Shown here piece by piece: positions 29,250 to 41,300 of a stretch of DNA of 64,000 nt. Made by a program: the position numbers and the translations under genes. Source of the DNA: Negativicutes bacterium (lineage in GTDB: Bacteria; Bacillota; Negativicutes; JAGPMH01); NCBI GenBank assembly GCA_018052945.1, contig JAGPMH010000001.1:8220-72219 (forward strand), read 5' to 3'. How positions within the stretch are numbered: position 1 is the stretch's first letter; every line of letters starts with the position of its first letter. The notes under the pieces are model-generated. The model did not search any database, was not told where the DNA came from, and was given only the letters and a program-made list of their open reading frames with translations.

Positions 29250-30059
29250 ATGTTGTGGATTATTGCGATAGTTTTAGGGGTAATACAAGGGATTGGTGAA
29301 TTTTTACCGATTTCAAGTTCTGCACATTTAATAATAAGTAGGTGGCTTTTTGGTTGGGATGAGATTTTAAAAGGTGGCGGAAATATTGAAATAGCACTCG
29401 ATGTGGCGTTGCATCTAGGCACATTGATTGCAGTATTACTCTATTTTTATCAAGATTGGATTGAAATGATTAAAGCCGGATTTAAAAATGGCTTAAAAAC
29501 TAAAGATGGCAAAATGTTTTGGTATTTGATATTGGCCACTATTCCGGCGGGGGTAGTAGGCTTATTGTTAGAGCATAAAATTGAAGAAATTTTTCGTGGA
29601 GATATGTTGGTTATTGCAGCTGGGCTTGCTATTATGGGGGTTGTATTATATTTGGTTGATAAAATTTGCTTGCAAAAACTAACGTTGCAAAAAATAACAT
29701 TAGCACAGGCTGTTATTATTGGTTGTTGCCAAACATTAGCCTTGATTCCTGGAGTTTCGCGATCAGGTATTACCATGACAACAGCTCGAGCACTTGGTTT
29801 TACGAGAGAAGCGGCGGCGAAGTTTTCTTTTTTCTTGGCAACACCTATTATTGCTGGAGCAGCGGTAAAACACTTTGCGGATATTATAACGCACTTATTT
29901 AATCCTTTGTTTTGGGTAGGGACTTTGGTTTCGGCGGTCGTAGGATTATTTTGTATTGGGTTTTTACTAAAATATCTACAAAAAAATAATTTTGCGATCT
30001 TTGCCCTTTACCGCATTGCCTTGTCGATTGTTATTGTGATAGTATATTACTATCGTTGA
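29250..30059 (+). CDS. uppP: Undecaprenyl-diphosphatase UppP (BacA)
   Basis: SSSAHL and PGVSRSG conserved motifs. Eight TM helices. Confidence 0.9.
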   Translation: MLWIIAIVLGVIQGIGEFLPISSSAHLIISRWLFGWDEILKGGGNIEIALDVALHLGTLIAVLLYFYQDWIEMIKAGFKNGLKTKDGKMFWYLILATIPAGVVGLLLEHKIEEIFRGDMLVIAAGLAIMGVVLYLVDKICLQKLTLQKITLAQAVIIGCCQTLALIPGVSRSGITMTTARALGFTREAAAKFSFFLATPIIAGAAVKHFADIITHLFNPLFWVGTLVSAVVGLFCIGFLLKYLQKNNFAIFALYRIALSIVIVIVYYYR

Positions 30060-30138
30060 AAAATAAAATAAAAAAATACTTTACAAACCTAAAAACATGT
30101 GATAACATTATATCTTGTCACGAGGTAGTAAGTTTTAT

Positions 30139-30214
<76 letters not shown>

Positions 30215-30231
30215 AATATTTTTAAATTAAT

Positions 30232-30307
30232 GCTGGTGTAGCTCAATTGGTAGAGCAGCTGACTTGTAATCAGCAGGTTGGGGGTTCAAGTCCTCTCGCC
30301 AGCTCCA
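30232..30307 (+). tRNA. tRNA-Thr (anticodon UGU)
   Basis: Cloverleaf with anticodon loop CTTGTAA. Close to B. subtilis tRNA-Thr(UGU). CCA encoded. Confidence 0.8.
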
Positions 30308-30310
30308 TAT

Positions 30311-30395
30311 GGATGGGTTCCCGAGTGGCTAAAGGGAGCAGACTGTAAATCTGCCGGCTCTGCCTTCGTTGGTTCGAATCCAACCCCATCCACCA
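30311..30395 (+). tRNA. tRNA-Tyr (anticodon GUA), long variable arm
   Basis: Anticodon loop ACTGTAAAT, 85 nt, class II variable arm. CCA encoded. Confidence 0.85.
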
Positions 30396-30402
30396 TTTAC
30401 AC

Positions 30403-30478
<76 letters not shown>

Positions 30479-30488
30479 AATGAAAATT

Positions 30489-30564
30489 GCTGATGTAGCT
30501 CAGTCGGTAGAGCGTATCCTTGGTAAGGATAAGGTCACCGGTTCAATCCCGGTCATTAGCTCCA
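30489..30564 (+). tRNA. tRNA-Thr (anticodon GGU)
   Basis: Anticodon stem TATCC/GGATA with loop TTGGTAA. CCA encoded. Confidence 0.75.
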
Positions 30565-30570
30565 TAGATT

Positions 30571-30647
30571 GGCGGTGTAGCTCAGTTGGCTAGAGCATGC
30601 GGTTCATACCCGCAGTGTCCGGGGTTCAAATCCCTGTGCCGCCACCA
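30571..30647 (+). tRNA. tRNA-Met (elongator, anticodon CAU)
   Basis: GGCGGTGTAGCTCAG...GGTTCATACCCG matches Bacillus elongator tRNA-Met. CCA encoded. Confidence 0.8.
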
Positions 30648-30655
30648 AAAAACAT

Positions 30656-30680
30656 AACCCCGTGAGGGGTTTTTCTGTTT
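30656..30680 (+). terminator. Intrinsic terminator after the tRNA array
   Basis: AACCCC-gtga-GGGGTT followed by TTTCTGTTT. Confidence 0.6.
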
Positions 30681-30831
30681 GTAAAATAGTTATTTTAATA
30701 GTTATAAAAAATATAACTAAAAATAAAATACCCGGTAACGTGGACTATTGACAGCAAGACTTAAGTATGCTAGATTATATTAGTGACGTTAACAAGAAGT
30801 GTCATATTTACAGGTAAGAGGGGTGCGAAAT

Positions 30832-30981
30832 ATGCGCAATGCAGTTACATTGGCCTGTGTTGAATGTAAGCAACGCAATTATCAGACCAATAAAAACAAA
30901 AAGAACGATCCGGATAGATTAGAGTTCAACAAATACTGCAAGTTCTGCAAAAAACATACTTTACATAAAGAAACAAAATAG
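30832..30981 (+). CDS. rpmG: 50S ribosomal protein L33 (zinc-ribbon C4 form)
   Basis: [17 protein letters not shown]...[17 protein letters not shown] after AGGTAAGAGGGG. The ORF-track start at 30799 is too long. Confidence 0.9.
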   Translation: MRNAVTLACVECKQRNYQTNKNKKNDPDRLEFNKYCKFCKKHTLHKETK

Positions 30982-31000
30982 TTTCTTCATAAAGTAATGT

Positions 31001-31076
31001 AGGGGTATAGCTCAATTGGTAGAGTAGCGGTCTCCAAAACCGTTGGTTGTGGGTTCAAGTCCTACTGCCCCTGCCA
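31001..31076 (+). tRNA. tRNA-Trp (anticodon CCA)
   Basis: Anticodon loop CTCCAAA. Located between rpmG and secE, as in many bacteria. CCA encoded. Confidence 0.85.
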
Positions 31077-31097
31077 GATGTTTATTGTAGTTGTAGT

Positions 31098-31334
31098 ATG
31101 TTATGGGGATGTGAGAGCTTGGCTAGTCAAGAAACAGCAGTTCAAACTAGTGCTTCACGCTTTAAAAAGTTTTTTCGTGAAGTGAAAGCTGAAATGAAAA
31201 AAGTATCATGGCCGAACAAACAAGAACTGATTTCATATACTATTATAGTATTTGTAACGGTCCTTTTTGTTGTGGCGCTTATATGGTTATATGATGCTAT
31301 TTTTACTAAAGTATTAGAGTATATTATACGATAA
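31098..31334 (+). CDS. secE: Preprotein translocase subunit SecE (start uncertain; a TTG at 31119 is also possible)
   Basis: ...FFREVKAEMKKVSWPNKQELISYTIIVFVTVLFVVALIWLYD matches B. subtilis SecE. The ORF-track start at 31047 overlaps tRNA-Trp and is rejected. Confidence 0.75.
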   Translation: MLWGCESLASQETAVQTSASRFKKFFREVKAEMKKVSWPNKQELISYTIIVFVTVLFVVALIWLYDAIFTKVLEYIIR

Positions 31335-31378
31335 CCGGTTAAGGGGGTGGGGGACGTAAGAAGTCGTCCCTTATAGTG

Positions 31379-31909
31379 ATGGAATCCGAAAAAAAGTGGT
31401 ATGTAATCCATACATATTCAGGCTATGAAAATAAAGTAAAAGCTAATCTTGAACGCAAAGTTCATTCAATGGGCATGGAAGATGAAATATTTCGTATTCT
31501 AGTGCCAATGGAAGATGAAGTTGAAATTAAAGATGGCAAAAAGAAAATAGCTAAAAAGAAAGTTTTCCCAGGGTATGCCTTGGTGGAAATGATTGTAACT
31601 GACAAGTCTTGGTATGTTGTTCGCAACACGCCGGGCGTAACAGGTTTTGTCGGGTCCGGCACTAAACCAATACCGTTAACTGATGCTGAAGTAAAACGTA
31701 TTCTTAAATCTATGGGAATTGATGAGCTTAAATCGAAGTTTGACATTGAAGTTTCGCAAGCGGTTCGCATTAATTCCGGAGCATTTGAGAATTGGACTGC
31801 TACGGTAACGGAGATTTATCCTGAACGTAGTAAGATAAAAGTTGTAGTAAATATGTTTGGACGTGAAACTCCGGTAGAAGTTGATTTCACGCAAGTTGAA
31901 AAGATTTAA
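31379..31909 (+). CDS. nusG: Transcription termination/antitermination factor NusG
   Basis: MESEKKWYVIHTYSGYENKVKANLE NGN domain and C-terminal KOW. Confidence 0.95.
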   Translation: MESEKKWYVIHTYSGYENKVKANLERKVHSMGMEDEIFRILVPMEDEVEIKDGKKKIAKKKVFPGYALVEMIVTDKSWYVVRNTPGVTGFVGSGTKPIPLTDAEVKRILKSMGIDELKSKFDIEVSQAVRINSGAFENWTATVTEIYPERSKIKVVVNMFGRETPVEVDFTQVEKI

Positions 31910-31935
31910 ATGTTTTGTAAGGAGGTGTAATATAA

Positions 31936-32361
31936 ATGGCTAAAAAAGTTGTTAAACTTGTAAAGTTGCAAGTACCTGCTGGTAAAGCTACTCCAGCGCC
32001 TCCGGTTGGTCCTGCACTTGGTCAAGCTGGTGTAAACATCATGGCTTTCGTTAAGGAGTTCAATGAAAGAACGGCTGCTCAAGCTGGTTTAATCATTCCA
32101 ATTGAAATTAGCGTATTTGAAGATAGATCATTTACGTTCATTACAAAAACTCCTCCAGCAGCGGTATTACTTAAAAAAGCAGCTGGTATCGAAACAGCAT
32201 CTGGCGAACCTAACAAGAAAAAAGTTGCTAAGTTGCCACGTGCTAAAGCTCGTGAAATTGCTGAAAGCAAAATGGAAGACTTAAATGCTGCTGATGTAGA
32301 AGCTGCTACTCGTATGATCGAGGGTACTGCTCGTAGTATGGGGATTGAAATCGTAGACTAA
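31936..32361 (+). CDS. rplK: 50S ribosomal protein L11
   Basis: [30 protein letters not shown]. Confidence 0.95.
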   Translation: MAKKVVKLVKLQVPAGKATPAPPVGPALGQAGVNIMAFVKEFNERTAAQAGLIIPIEISVFEDRSFTFITKTPPAAVLLKKAAGIETASGEPNKKKVAKLPRAKAREIAESKMEDLNAADVEAATRMIEGTARSMGIEIVD

Positions 32362-32420
32362 TCTACCTTCAATTCTGTGGGAGGAAAAACCGTTATTACC
32401 ACGAAAGGGGAAATTTAAAA

Positions 32421-33116
32421 ATGGCTAAATTCGGTAAAAAATATCAAGAAGTAGCAAAACAAATCGAAGATAAACTATATGAAGTTGAAGAAGCGATTGA
32501 TCTTGCTAAAAAAACAGCTACAGCTAAATTTGACGAAACAGTTGAATTTGCTGTTAAATTAGGTGTTGATCCTAAGCATGCTGATCAACAAGTTCGTGGT
32601 GCAGTTGTATTACCACATGGTACTGGTAAAACAAATCGCGTACTTGTATTCGCAAAAGGCGATAAATTGAAAGAAGCTGAAGCTGCCGGTGCTGATTATG
32701 CTGGTGCTGAAGAATTAGTAACTAAAATTCAAGGAGGCTGGGCAGACTTTGATGTTGCTGTAGCTACTCCTGACATGATGGGCTTAGTTGGCCGTCTAGG
32801 TAAAATCCTTGGTCCTAAAGGCTTAATGCCTAACCCTAAAGTTGGTACTGTAACTTTAGATGTTGCTCGCGCAATAAATGAAATTAAAGCAGGTAAAATT
32901 GAGTACCGTACAGATAAAGCTGGTAATATCCATGCTCCAATCGGTAAGGTTTCATTCGATAGTGAGAAACTCGTAGAGAATTTCTACACCCTGATGGATA
33001 CATTAATTAAGGTTAAACCTTCTGCTGCAAAAGGGCAATATGTACGTTCTGTAACAGTTAGTACAACTATGGGCCCTGGCATCAAGATTAACCCTCTAAA
33101 AGCTGCCGGCAAATAA
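32421..33116 (+). CDS. rplA: 50S ribosomal protein L1
   Basis: Homology and operon position. Confidence 0.95.
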   Translation: MAKFGKKYQEVAKQIEDKLYEVEEAIDLAKKTATAKFDETVEFAVKLGVDPKHADQQVRGAVVLPHGTGKTNRVLVFAKGDKLKEAEAAGADYAGAEELVTKIQGGWADFDVAVATPDMMGLVGRLGKILGPKGLMPNPKVGTVTLDVARAINEIKAGKIEYRTDKAGNIHAPIGKVSFDSEKLVENFYTLMDTLIKVKPSAAKGQYVRSVTVSTTMGPGIKINPLKAAGK

Positions 33117-33286
33117 GGCGTAAATTTAATAAAGAATTTAAGGCTGTAGAAAGCAGGTATTGATAATGGATTGTTCCGCCTGCCGAGGTCGGAGTTTTTA
33201 GAGATGGCGTTGCCATTTACGACCTCCGGTATACTGCCGTGAGGTCGTTTTTTAATGTTCTTAAAATATGAAAGGAGGTGTAGTCC
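33117..33286 (+). promoter_or_regulatory. Structured L10(L12) leader region upstream of rplJ
   Basis: 170-nt GC-enriched, highly paired leader (…CCGCCTGCCGAGGTCGGAG… / …CGACCTCCGGTATACTGCCGTGAGGTCG…) in the position of the known L10 autoregulatory leader. Confidence 0.45.
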
Positions 33287-33817
33287 ATGGCTGTAACTTC
33301 AGCGAAAATAGCAGCAGTTGCCGAGTTGAAAGAAAAGTTGAGCGCCAGTAAAGGTGTTGTTTTAACTGACTATCGCGGTTTAACAGTTGCTCAGGATACT
33401 AAACTTCGTTCTAAATTGCGTGAAGCTGGTGTAGAGTATCGTGTTGTAAAAAATACAATGACTCGTATTGCCGCTAACGAAATTGGCATAGATGGTTTAG
33501 ATAGCTATCTTGAAGGACCGACAGCTATTGCTATATCTGAGACTGATCCTGTTGCTCCAGCTAAAATTATTGCTGAGTTTGTTAAAGAACATAAGCTTAA
33601 AGTTTTAGGTGTTAAAGCAGGTTTAGTTGAAGGCAAAGTAATAGACGCTGCCGGTGTTAAAGCCTTAGCGGAATTGCCACCACGCGAAGTTCTTATTGCA
33701 CAAGTACTTGCTGGAATGCAATCCCCAATCGTTGGTCTTGTCAACGTATTACAAGGTTCTATCCGCAATGTTGTTTATGCGCTTGACGCAGTGCGTCAAC
33801 AAAAAGAATCTGCATAA
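33287..33817 (+). CDS. rplJ: 50S ribosomal protein L10
   Basis: Homology and operon position. Confidence 0.95.
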   Translation: MAVTSAKIAAVAELKEKLSASKGVVLTDYRGLTVAQDTKLRSKLREAGVEYRVVKNTMTRIAANEIGIDGLDSYLEGPTAIAISETDPVAPAKIIAEFVKEHKLKVLGVKAGLVEGKVIDAAGVKALAELPPREVLIAQVLAGMQSPIVGLVNVLQGSIRNVVYALDAVRQQKESA

Positions 33818-33869
33818 AGCATGGTTCTAAATTAAATTAAAATTATTTAAATTTTGGAGGTATATTAAA

Positions 33870-34238
33870 ATGACTAAAGAAGAAATTATGCAAGCCATTG
33901 AGAACATGACTGTTCTTGAATTATCCGAGCTAGTAAAAGCTCTTGAAGAAAAATTCGGTGTATCCGCTGCTGCTCCTGTAGCTGTAGCTGCTGCTCCTGC
34001 TGCTGCTGGTGCTGCTGCTGAAGAAAAAACTGAATTCGATGTTATCTTAACTAATGCTGGTGCTAGCAAAATCAACGTAATTAAAGTTGTTCGCGAAATC
34101 ACTGGCTTAGGTCTTAAAGAAGCTAAAGAAATCGTAGATGGCGCTCCTAAAGCTATTAAAGAAAAAGTTGCTAAAGCTGATGCTGATGCAATGAAAGCTA
34201 AACTTGAAGAAGCTGGCGCAACTGTTGAAGTTAAATAA
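33870..34238 (+). CDS. rplL: 50S ribosomal protein L7/L12
   Basis: Ala/Pro-rich hinge and conserved C-terminal domain. Confidence 0.95.
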   Translation: MTKEEIMQAIENMTVLELSELVKALEEKFGVSAAAPVAVAAAPAAAGAAAEEKTEFDVILTNAGASKINVIKVVREITGLGLKEAKEIVDGAPKAIKEKVAKADADAMKAKLEEAGATVEVK

Positions 34239-34259
34239 TTTCAACTAAAATAGAAAATT

Positions 34260-34293
34260 AAAGAGTACCGTCCGGTACTCTTTAATTTTTTTT
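34260..34293 (+). terminator. Intrinsic terminator after rplL
   Basis: AGAGTACC-gtcc-GGTACTCT followed by TTAATTTTTTTT. Confidence 0.7.
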
Positions 34294-34481
34294 AAATAAA
34301 CTAATCTATAGATTGACAAAAAAATAATATTATGATAGCATTATTTAATGCGACGTGTATTATCACTAAGCAAGACATAAATATGATAATATTTATGATA
34401 AAGACAAATTAACTTAGGTATGACATATCATGGTAGGAATATAATACGCTGGAGAATGACGGTTTGTCTATCAATAAAGTA

Positions 34482-34518
34482 GCAAGGTAATAACTCAAAT
34501 AGTAGCCTTGCCTTTTTT
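34482..34518 (+). promoter_or_regulatory. Candidate attenuator hairpin in the rpoB 5' leader
   Basis: GCAAGG-N18-CCTTGC immediately followed by CTTTTTT. Confidence 0.35.
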
Positions 34519-34601
34519 CGTATTCTACAAAACGGATTATAATGACTGCTATTTTGGTATGTTTAAGTTTAGTCAAATTGGGCTAAGGGGTGAAGGATTT
34601 A

Positions 34602-37600
34602 ATGTTCAATCCTGTTCCGGTGGGCAAGAGAATCAGGTATAGCTATGCTAAAATCAAAGAAGTATTAGATATGCCCAACCTTATTGAAATTCAAAAGAAT
34701 TCGTATGACTGGTTTTTAAAAGAAGGATTACAAGAGATTTTTTATGATGTATCTCCAATCCAAGATTTTACTGGTAATTTGGTATTATCTTTTGAAAACT
34801 TCAATTTAGGTGAGGCAAAATACGATGTTGAAGAGTGCAAGGAACGTGATGTTACCTATGCGGCTCCACTTCGTGTTGGTGTTCGTTTAATCAATCGTGA
34901 AACTGGTGAAATTAAAGAGCAAGAAGTATTTATGGGTGATTTTCCGTTGATGACCGATAATGGTACATTCATTATCAATGGTGCAGAACGTGTTATTGTC
35001 AGCCAACTTGTGCGTTCACCAGGAGCTTATTATGGTGAAACAATTGATACTAGTGGTAAAAAATTATTTAATGCAACAGTAATTCCTAATAGAGGCGCTT
35101 GGCTGGAATTGGAAACTGATGCAAATGACGTTATTTCGGTACGAGTTGACAGAACTCGTAAGCTTCCGGTAACTGTATTAATCCGTGCACTGGGCTATGC
35201 GTCTGATGCTACTATCTCTGAATTATTTGGAGATGATGTTAGAATTCGCGCTACATTAGAACGTGATAATACTGCATCGAGAGAAGAAGCTTTAGTTGAA
35301 ATTTACAAAAGATTGCGCCCAGGTGAACCGCCAACAGTTGACAATGCAACGCAATTATTAGAGTCGTTGTTTTTTGACCCAAAACGTTATGATCTAGCTA
35401 CTGTTGGTCGTTATAAGTTAACGAAAAAATTAGGTTGGAAAAGAAGATTGTTGGGTAAAACTCTTTATCAACCTATTGTCGATAAAGAAACTGGAGAAAT
35501 TATTCTTCAGGCTGATATTGTTTTAGATGAAGAAGTTTTAGAAAATCTTGATGAAAAAGCAGTATTTGGCGAAAATGAAGTAATTGAAGTAAAAGTCAAA
35601 AATAAAGATGGCGAAGCTGTAAAAATGCTTTGTACTCCTACTTTGCCTTATGCTCATAGAACCATTACTAGAGAAGATGTAATTGCTTCAATTAGCTATT
35701 TATTAAATTTAATGGATGGCTATGGTAATACTGATGATATTGACCATTTAGGTAATAGAAGATTACGTTCCGTCGGTGAATTATTACAAAATCAATTTAG
35801 AATTGGTTTGTCCCGTATGGAAAGAGTTGTAAAAGAGCGAATGACTATTCAAGATGTGGATATTATAACACCACAAGCTTTAATAAATATTCGTCCGGTT
35901 GTGGCGGCAATCAAAGAATTCTTTGGTTCTAGCCAGTTATCGCAGTTTATGGATCAAACTAATCCACTAGCTGAATTAACTCACAAACGTCGTTTAAGTG
36001 CGCTAGGCCCTGGTGGTCTTAGCCGTGAACGTGCCGGGTTCGAAGTACGTGACGTACATCATTCTCATTATGGTCGGATGTGTCCAATTGAAACACCAGA
36101 GGGACCTAATATCGGCTTGATTGGTTCATTATCTACTTATGGTCGAATTAATGAATTTGGTTTTATTGAAACGCCTTATCGCAAAGTCGATAAAGCAAAT
36201 AAAAGAGTTACTGATGATGTTCGATATCTGACAGCAGATGAAGAAGATGAAATGACAGTAGCACAGGCTAATGTGCCATTGACTAAAGATAGCTGGTTTG
36301 CGGATGAACGGGTAACTGCACGTCACAAGCATGATACTTTGTTGATTCCGGGTGAAAATGTTGATTATATGGACGTATCACCACGCCAAGTTGTGTCAAT
36401 TGCAACAGCGATGATACCATTCTTAGAAAATGATGATGCGAATCGTGCCTTAATGGGTGCGAACATGCAACGTCAAGCGGTGCCATTACTTCGTACTCAA
36501 GCTCCATTGGTTGGAACTGGTATGGAATACAAAGCGGCACGTGATTCCGGCGTAGTTATTTTAGCGAAAAATGCCGGAGTTGTAGAAAAAGTTACAGCGG
36601 TAGAAATTCACGTTAGAACTGATAATGGTAAATTAGATACTTATAAATTATTAAAGTATCTTCGTTCGAATCAAGGCACTTGCATCAACCAAAGACCGAT
36701 TATTTATAAAGGTGAAAGAGTTGAAAAAGGGCAAGTGTTAGCAGATGGTCCTGCTACCGATAATGGTGAATTGGCACTAGGCTTTAATGTGTTGGTTGCC
36801 TTTATGCCATGGGAAGGGTATAACTACGAGGATGCGATTTTACTTAGCGAAAAGCTAGTAAAAGAAGATGTCTTTACATCAATTCATATTGAAGAATATG
36901 AATGTGATGCTCGTGATACTAAACTTGGACCGGAAGAAATAACAAGAGATATCCCAAATGTAGCGGAAGAAGCACTACGTGATCTTGATGATAGAGGAAT
37001 TATTAGAATTGGTGCGGAAGTTCGTCCGGGTGATATTTTAGTAGGTAAAGTAACGCCAAAAGGTGAAACAGAACTTACTGCTGAAGAAAGATTATTAAGA
37101 GCGATTTTCGGTGAAAAAGCTCGTGAGGTTCGTGATACGTCCTTAAGAGTTCCGCATGGTGAAGCTGGGAAAATTGTTGACGTAAAAGTATTTAGCCGTG
37201 AAAATGGTGATGAATTGTCACCAGGGGTAAATCATTTAGTAAGAGTTTATATTGCTCAAAAACGTAAAATTTCTGAAGGCGATAAAATGGCTGGTCGTCA
37301 CGGTAACAAAGGTGTTGTTTCGCGGATTATGCGTGAAGAAGATATGCCGTTCTTACCAGATGGGACGCCAGTACAAATTGTGTTAAATCCATTAGGCGTA
37401 CCGTCACGGATGAACATCGGACAGGTTTTAGAAACACATCTTGGTATGGCTGCGGCAACTTTAGGGATGCAAATTAAAGCTGGCGACCTTGGTGTTGCTG
37501 ATAAATTACGCAAATTAGGTTACGATGTTGATACTCATGGTCTACCAAAACCAGATTTAGCAGGGATTCATATTTCAACACCGGTATTTGATGGTGCTAA

Positions 37601-38288
37601 AGAAAGTGAAGTCTTTGCAACATTAAAAGCAGCGGGATTAGCTGATAATGGTAAAACGGTGCTTTATGATGGTAGAACCGGTGAAGCCTTTGATAATAAT
37701 GTCACTGTTGGTTATGTATATATGCTTAAATTAGCCCATTTGGTTGATGATAAAATTCATGCCAGATCAACAGGCCCATACTCCTTAGTAACACAACAAC
37801 CGTTGGGTGGTAAAGCTCAATTTGGTGGACAACGCTTTGGAGAGATGGAGGTTTGGGCATTAGAAGCTTATGGTGCAGCTTATACACTACAAGAATTATT
37901 AACTGTTAAATCAGATGATGTTGTTGGGCGTGTTAAGACTTATGAAGCCATTGTAAAAGGTGAAAATGTTCCTGAACCAGGGGTGCCGGAATCATTTAAA
38001 GTTCTTATCAAAGAATTGCAAAGTATTGGTCTAGATATTAAAATACTTTCTGAAGATGCTCAAGAAATTTTAATTCGTGACACTGATGACGATATTGTTG
38101 AAATGGCTAAAGCATTAGAATTACCGGTAGAAGGCATTGAAGCATTAGGTAAAGTTACAGAAACTAAAAAACCTGTAGAGCAAGTTGATAATTATGATAA
38201 AAATGATGAAGCTGAGCCAATTGAAGATGATCTTGATATTATTGCTGAAATGATTGAATTAGACAGCGATGATTTAAAAGAAGAGTAA
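34602..38288 (+). CDS. rpoB: DNA-directed RNA polymerase subunit beta (a GTG at 34590 is an alternative start)
   Basis: [27 protein letters not shown]... through the C-terminus. 1228-1232 aa. Confidence 0.95.
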   Translation: MFNPVPVGKRIRYSYAKIKEVLDMPNLIEIQKNSYDWFLKEGLQEIFYDVSPIQDFTGNLVLSFENFNLGEAKYDVEECKERDVTYAAPLRVGVRLINRETGEIKEQEVFMGDFPLMTDNGTFIINGAERVIVSQLVRSPGAYYGETIDTSGKKLFNATVIPNRGAWLELETDANDVISVRVDRTRKLPVTVLIRALGYASDATISELFGDDVRIRATLERDNTASREEALVEIYKRLRPGEPPTVDNATQLLESLFFDPKRYDLATVGRYKLTKKLGWKRRLLGKTLYQPIVDKETGEIILQADIVLDEEVLENLDEKAVFGENEVIEVKVKNKDGEAVKMLCTPTLPYAHRTITREDVIASISYLLNLMDGYGNTDDIDHLGNRRLRSVGELLQNQFRIGLSRMERVVKERMTIQDVDIITPQALINIRPVVAAIKEFFGSSQLSQFMDQTNPLAELTHKRRLSALGPGGLSRERAGFEVRDVHHSHYGRMCPIETPEGPNIGLIGSLSTYGRINEFGFIETPYRKVDKANKRVTDDVRYLTADEEDEMTVAQANVPLTKDSWFADERVTARHKHDTLLIPGENVDYMDVSPRQVVSIATAMIPFLENDDANRALMGANMQRQAVPLLRTQAPLVGTGMEYKAARDSGVVILAKNAGVVEKVTAVEIHVRTDNGKLDTYKLLKYLRSNQGTCINQRPIIYKGERVEKGQVLADGPATDNGELALGFNVLVAFMPWEGYNYEDAILLSEKLVKEDVFTSIHIEEYECDARDTKLGPEEITRDIPNVAEEALRDLDDRGIIRIGAEVRPGDILVGKVTPKGETELTAEERLLRAIFGEKAREVRDTSLRVPHGEAGKIVDVKVFSRENGDELSPGVNHLVRVYIAQKRKISEGDKMAGRHGNKGVVSRIMREEDMPFLPDGTPVQIVLNPLGVPSRMNIGQVLETHLGMAAATLGMQIKAGDLGVADKLRKLGYDVDTHGLPKPDLAGIHISTPVFDGAKESEVFATLKAAGLADNGKTVLYDGRTGEAFDNNVTVGYVYMLKLAHLVDDKIHARSTGPYSLVTQQPLGGKAQFGGQRFGEMEVWALEAYGAAYTLQELLTVKSDDVVGRVKTYEAIVKGENVPEPGVPESFKVLIKELQSIGLDIKILSEDAQEILIRDTDDDIVEMAKALELPVEGIEALGKVTETKKPVEQVDNYDKNDEAEPIEDDLDIIAEMIELDSDDLKEE

Positions 38289-38360
38289 AAAGTTAATAAA
38301 ATTAGATTTTAAAGATAATTCGAAGATGACTTCGAATATATAGAAGGGAGTGACACCCCC

Positions 38361-41300
38361 TTGTTGGATGTAAACAATTTTGATTCTATGCGGATTGGAC
38401 TTGCGTCGCCGGAAAAAATAAGAACTTGGTCGCATGGGGAAGTTAAAAAACCGGAAACAATCAATTACCGTACCTTAAAACCAGAGCGTGAGGGTTTATT
38501 TTGTGAAAAAATATTTGGACCAACTCGTGATTGGGAATGTCATTGTGGAAAATATAAACGCATTCGTTATAAAGGTATAGTTTGTGATCGTTGTGGCGTT
38601 GAAGTTACCAGATCAAAAGTTAGACGTGACCGAATGGGTCATATTGAGTTAGCAGCTCCTGTATCGCATATTTGGTATTTCAAGGGAATACCAAGCCGTA
38701 TGGGCTTAATTTTAAATATTTCACCAAGATCGCTAGAAAAAGTATTATACTTTGCATCATATATAGTACTTGATCCAGGTGATACGCCACTTCGCAAATA
38801 TGAATTATTAAATGAAAATGAATACCGTGAAAACCGCGATAAATATGGTGCAACTTTTAAAGTAGGCATGGGCGCTGAAGCGGTTAAAAAACTTCTGGAA
38901 GAATTAGATCTTGAAGAAATGAGCAAAGAATTGCGTCAAGAACTAAAAGAGGTTAGCGGTCAACGTAAAATTAAAGCAATTCGCCGTTTAGAAGTTGTAG
39001 AGGCGTTCCGTAAATCTGGCAATCGCCCTGATTGGATGATTTTAGATGTAGTTCCGGTAATTCCACCGGAACTGCGTCCAATGGTGCAATTAGATGGTGG
39101 CAGATTTGCTACTTCTGATTTAAATGATTTATATCGTCGAGTAATTAATCGTAATAATCGTTTAAAAAGATTATTGGATTTAGGTGCACCTGATATTATT
39201 GTGCGTAATGAAAAGCGGATGCTTCAAGAAGCGGTAGATGCTTTGATTGACAATGGTCGTCGTGGTCGACCGGTTACTGGTCCGGGAAATCGCCCGCTTA
39301 AATCTCTTAGTGATATGCTAAAAGGAAAGCAAGGTCGTTTCCGTCAAAACTTATTAGGTAAACGTGTTGACTACTCTGGTCGTTCCGTTATCGTAGTAGG
39401 ACCGGAACTTAAATTGCATCAATGTGGTTTACCAAAAGAAATGGCCTTAGAGTTATTTAAGCCATTTGTAATGAAAAAATTAGTAAATGCTGGTCATGCT
39501 CATAATATCAAAAGTGCAAAACGCATGGTTGAACGAATTAGACCAGAAGTTTGGGATGTTTTAGAAGAAGTAATCAAAGAACATCCGGTATTATTAAACC
39601 GTGCACCAACCTTGCATAGATTAGGTATTCAAGCTTTTGAACCGATTCTAACTGAAGGTAGAGCACTTAAACTTCATCCATTGGTTTGTACGGCATATAA
39701 TGCTGACTTTGATGGTGACCAAATGGCAATCCATTTACCATTGTCTGCAGAAGCACAAGCTGAAGCTAGGTTGTTAATGTTGTCAGCACATAATATTTTA
39801 TCGACTAAAGATGGTCGTCCGGTTGCTGTTCCGACGCAGGATATGGTCTTAGGGGCATATTACTTAACAATTGAGAAACCAGGCGCTATTGGTGAAAATA
39901 AAGTATTTACTGGTATTAATGAAGCATTGTTAGCTTACCATGAAAAAGAATTATCATTACAAGCTAAAATAAAAGTTCGTGATGATAAATATGGTTTAGT
40001 GACTACAACGCTTGGCCGGATGATCTTTAATGAAAGTTTACCGGAAGGTGTTAAATATTATTATCAAGAAGAAGATGGTTGGCATCTTGGTATCTTGATG
40101 GATAAAAAACAATTAGGAATATTAGTTGGTAATTGTTATCGTAAATATGGTAACGCTATAACAGCAGTAATGTTAGATAAAGTTAAAAAACTGGGTTATT
40201 CATTTGCTTGTCGTGCTGGTATGACTGTAGCAATTGCAGATATTATCATTCCTGAAGAAAAAGTTGGTATTTTAAAATCAACGGAAGAGCAAGTTAAGAA
40301 TATTGAGAAACAATATCGTCGTGGTCTGATTACCGATGATGAAAGATACAAAAAAACAATTGAGCTATGGACTAAAGCTACTGATGATGTAACAGCAGCA
40401 ATGATGAACAATCTTGATCGCTTTAATCCAATTTATATGATGGCTAACTCTGGAGCCCGCGGTAATATCCAACAGATTCGTCAGTTAGCAGGTATGCGTG
40501 GATTAATGGCTGATCCATCGGGTCGCATTATCGACTTACCAATCAAAGCTAATTTCCGTGAAGGTTTAACAGTATTAGAGTACTTTATTTCAACACATGG
40601 TGCCCGTAAAGGTCTGGCCGATACAGCACTAAGAACAGCCGATTCCGGTTACTTGACTCGTCGTCTGGTAGACGTAGCACAAGATGTTATCGTTAGAGAA
40701 GATGACTGTGATGTAGTTGGTATAAACTTAGTTCGTGAAAGAGCGAAGTTGGCAAAAACTAGTACTGGGGCAATTGCTGTATTGAAAGATTCATTAATGG
40801 GACGGTTACTGGCAAATGAAATAGTAAGCCCACAAACTGGTGCAGTTTTATTTGAAGCAGAAACAGTTATTGATGAAGCTATGCTCAATATTATTGGTGA
40901 AAATGCGGTGCCGGAAATTGTTGTCAGAGGTACTGCTACTGAGTATGAAAGTGATGTTAGTAATGCCGTTACTACAGAAACAATAACTTTAGGAGCGCCG
41001 GAAGAACATGTTCGCGATACTATCAAAAAATCAATGATTCGCGAAATGTTAGGAAAAAATACTACTAAAGCGGTAGTTGATAAATCCGGGGTGAAAATTG
41101 TTCCGGCCAATGTTCCTTTAACAGAAGAGCATATTGAGGCTATTTTAGCTAGTGATGCTAGAGAAGTTAAAGTAAGAAATAACAACATTCGCGGTATTGA
41201 AGTAAAAGCTATTATGGACGGCGCCGCTGTGATTGAAAGATTAAAAGATCGAATTGTTGGTAGGGTTTTAGCTGAAGATATCATTGATCCTGAAACTAAT

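Noticed and set aside
31047-31097. ORF-track start of secE at 31047 (TTG)
   Set aside because: It would overlap the 3' half of tRNA-Trp (31001-31076) and add 17 non-conserved residues. An in-frame ATG at 31098 gives a SecE-length product.
34313-34341. TTGACA at 34313 as the -35 of an rpoB promoter
   Set aside because: No acceptable -10 hexamer at 16-18 nt spacing (TAGCAT at best). rpoB is more likely transcribed by read-through from the rplKAJL promoters plus attenuation.
40649-41284. 211-aa minus-strand ORF inside rpoC (and similar antisense ORFs at 36129-36540, 37298-37513, 38639-38926, 40196-40411, 41945-42220)
   Set aside because: They lie entirely antisense to a highly conserved, confidently called gene. 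They have low-complexity Ser/Thr/Ile-rich composition and no RBS. These are typical shadow ORFs.
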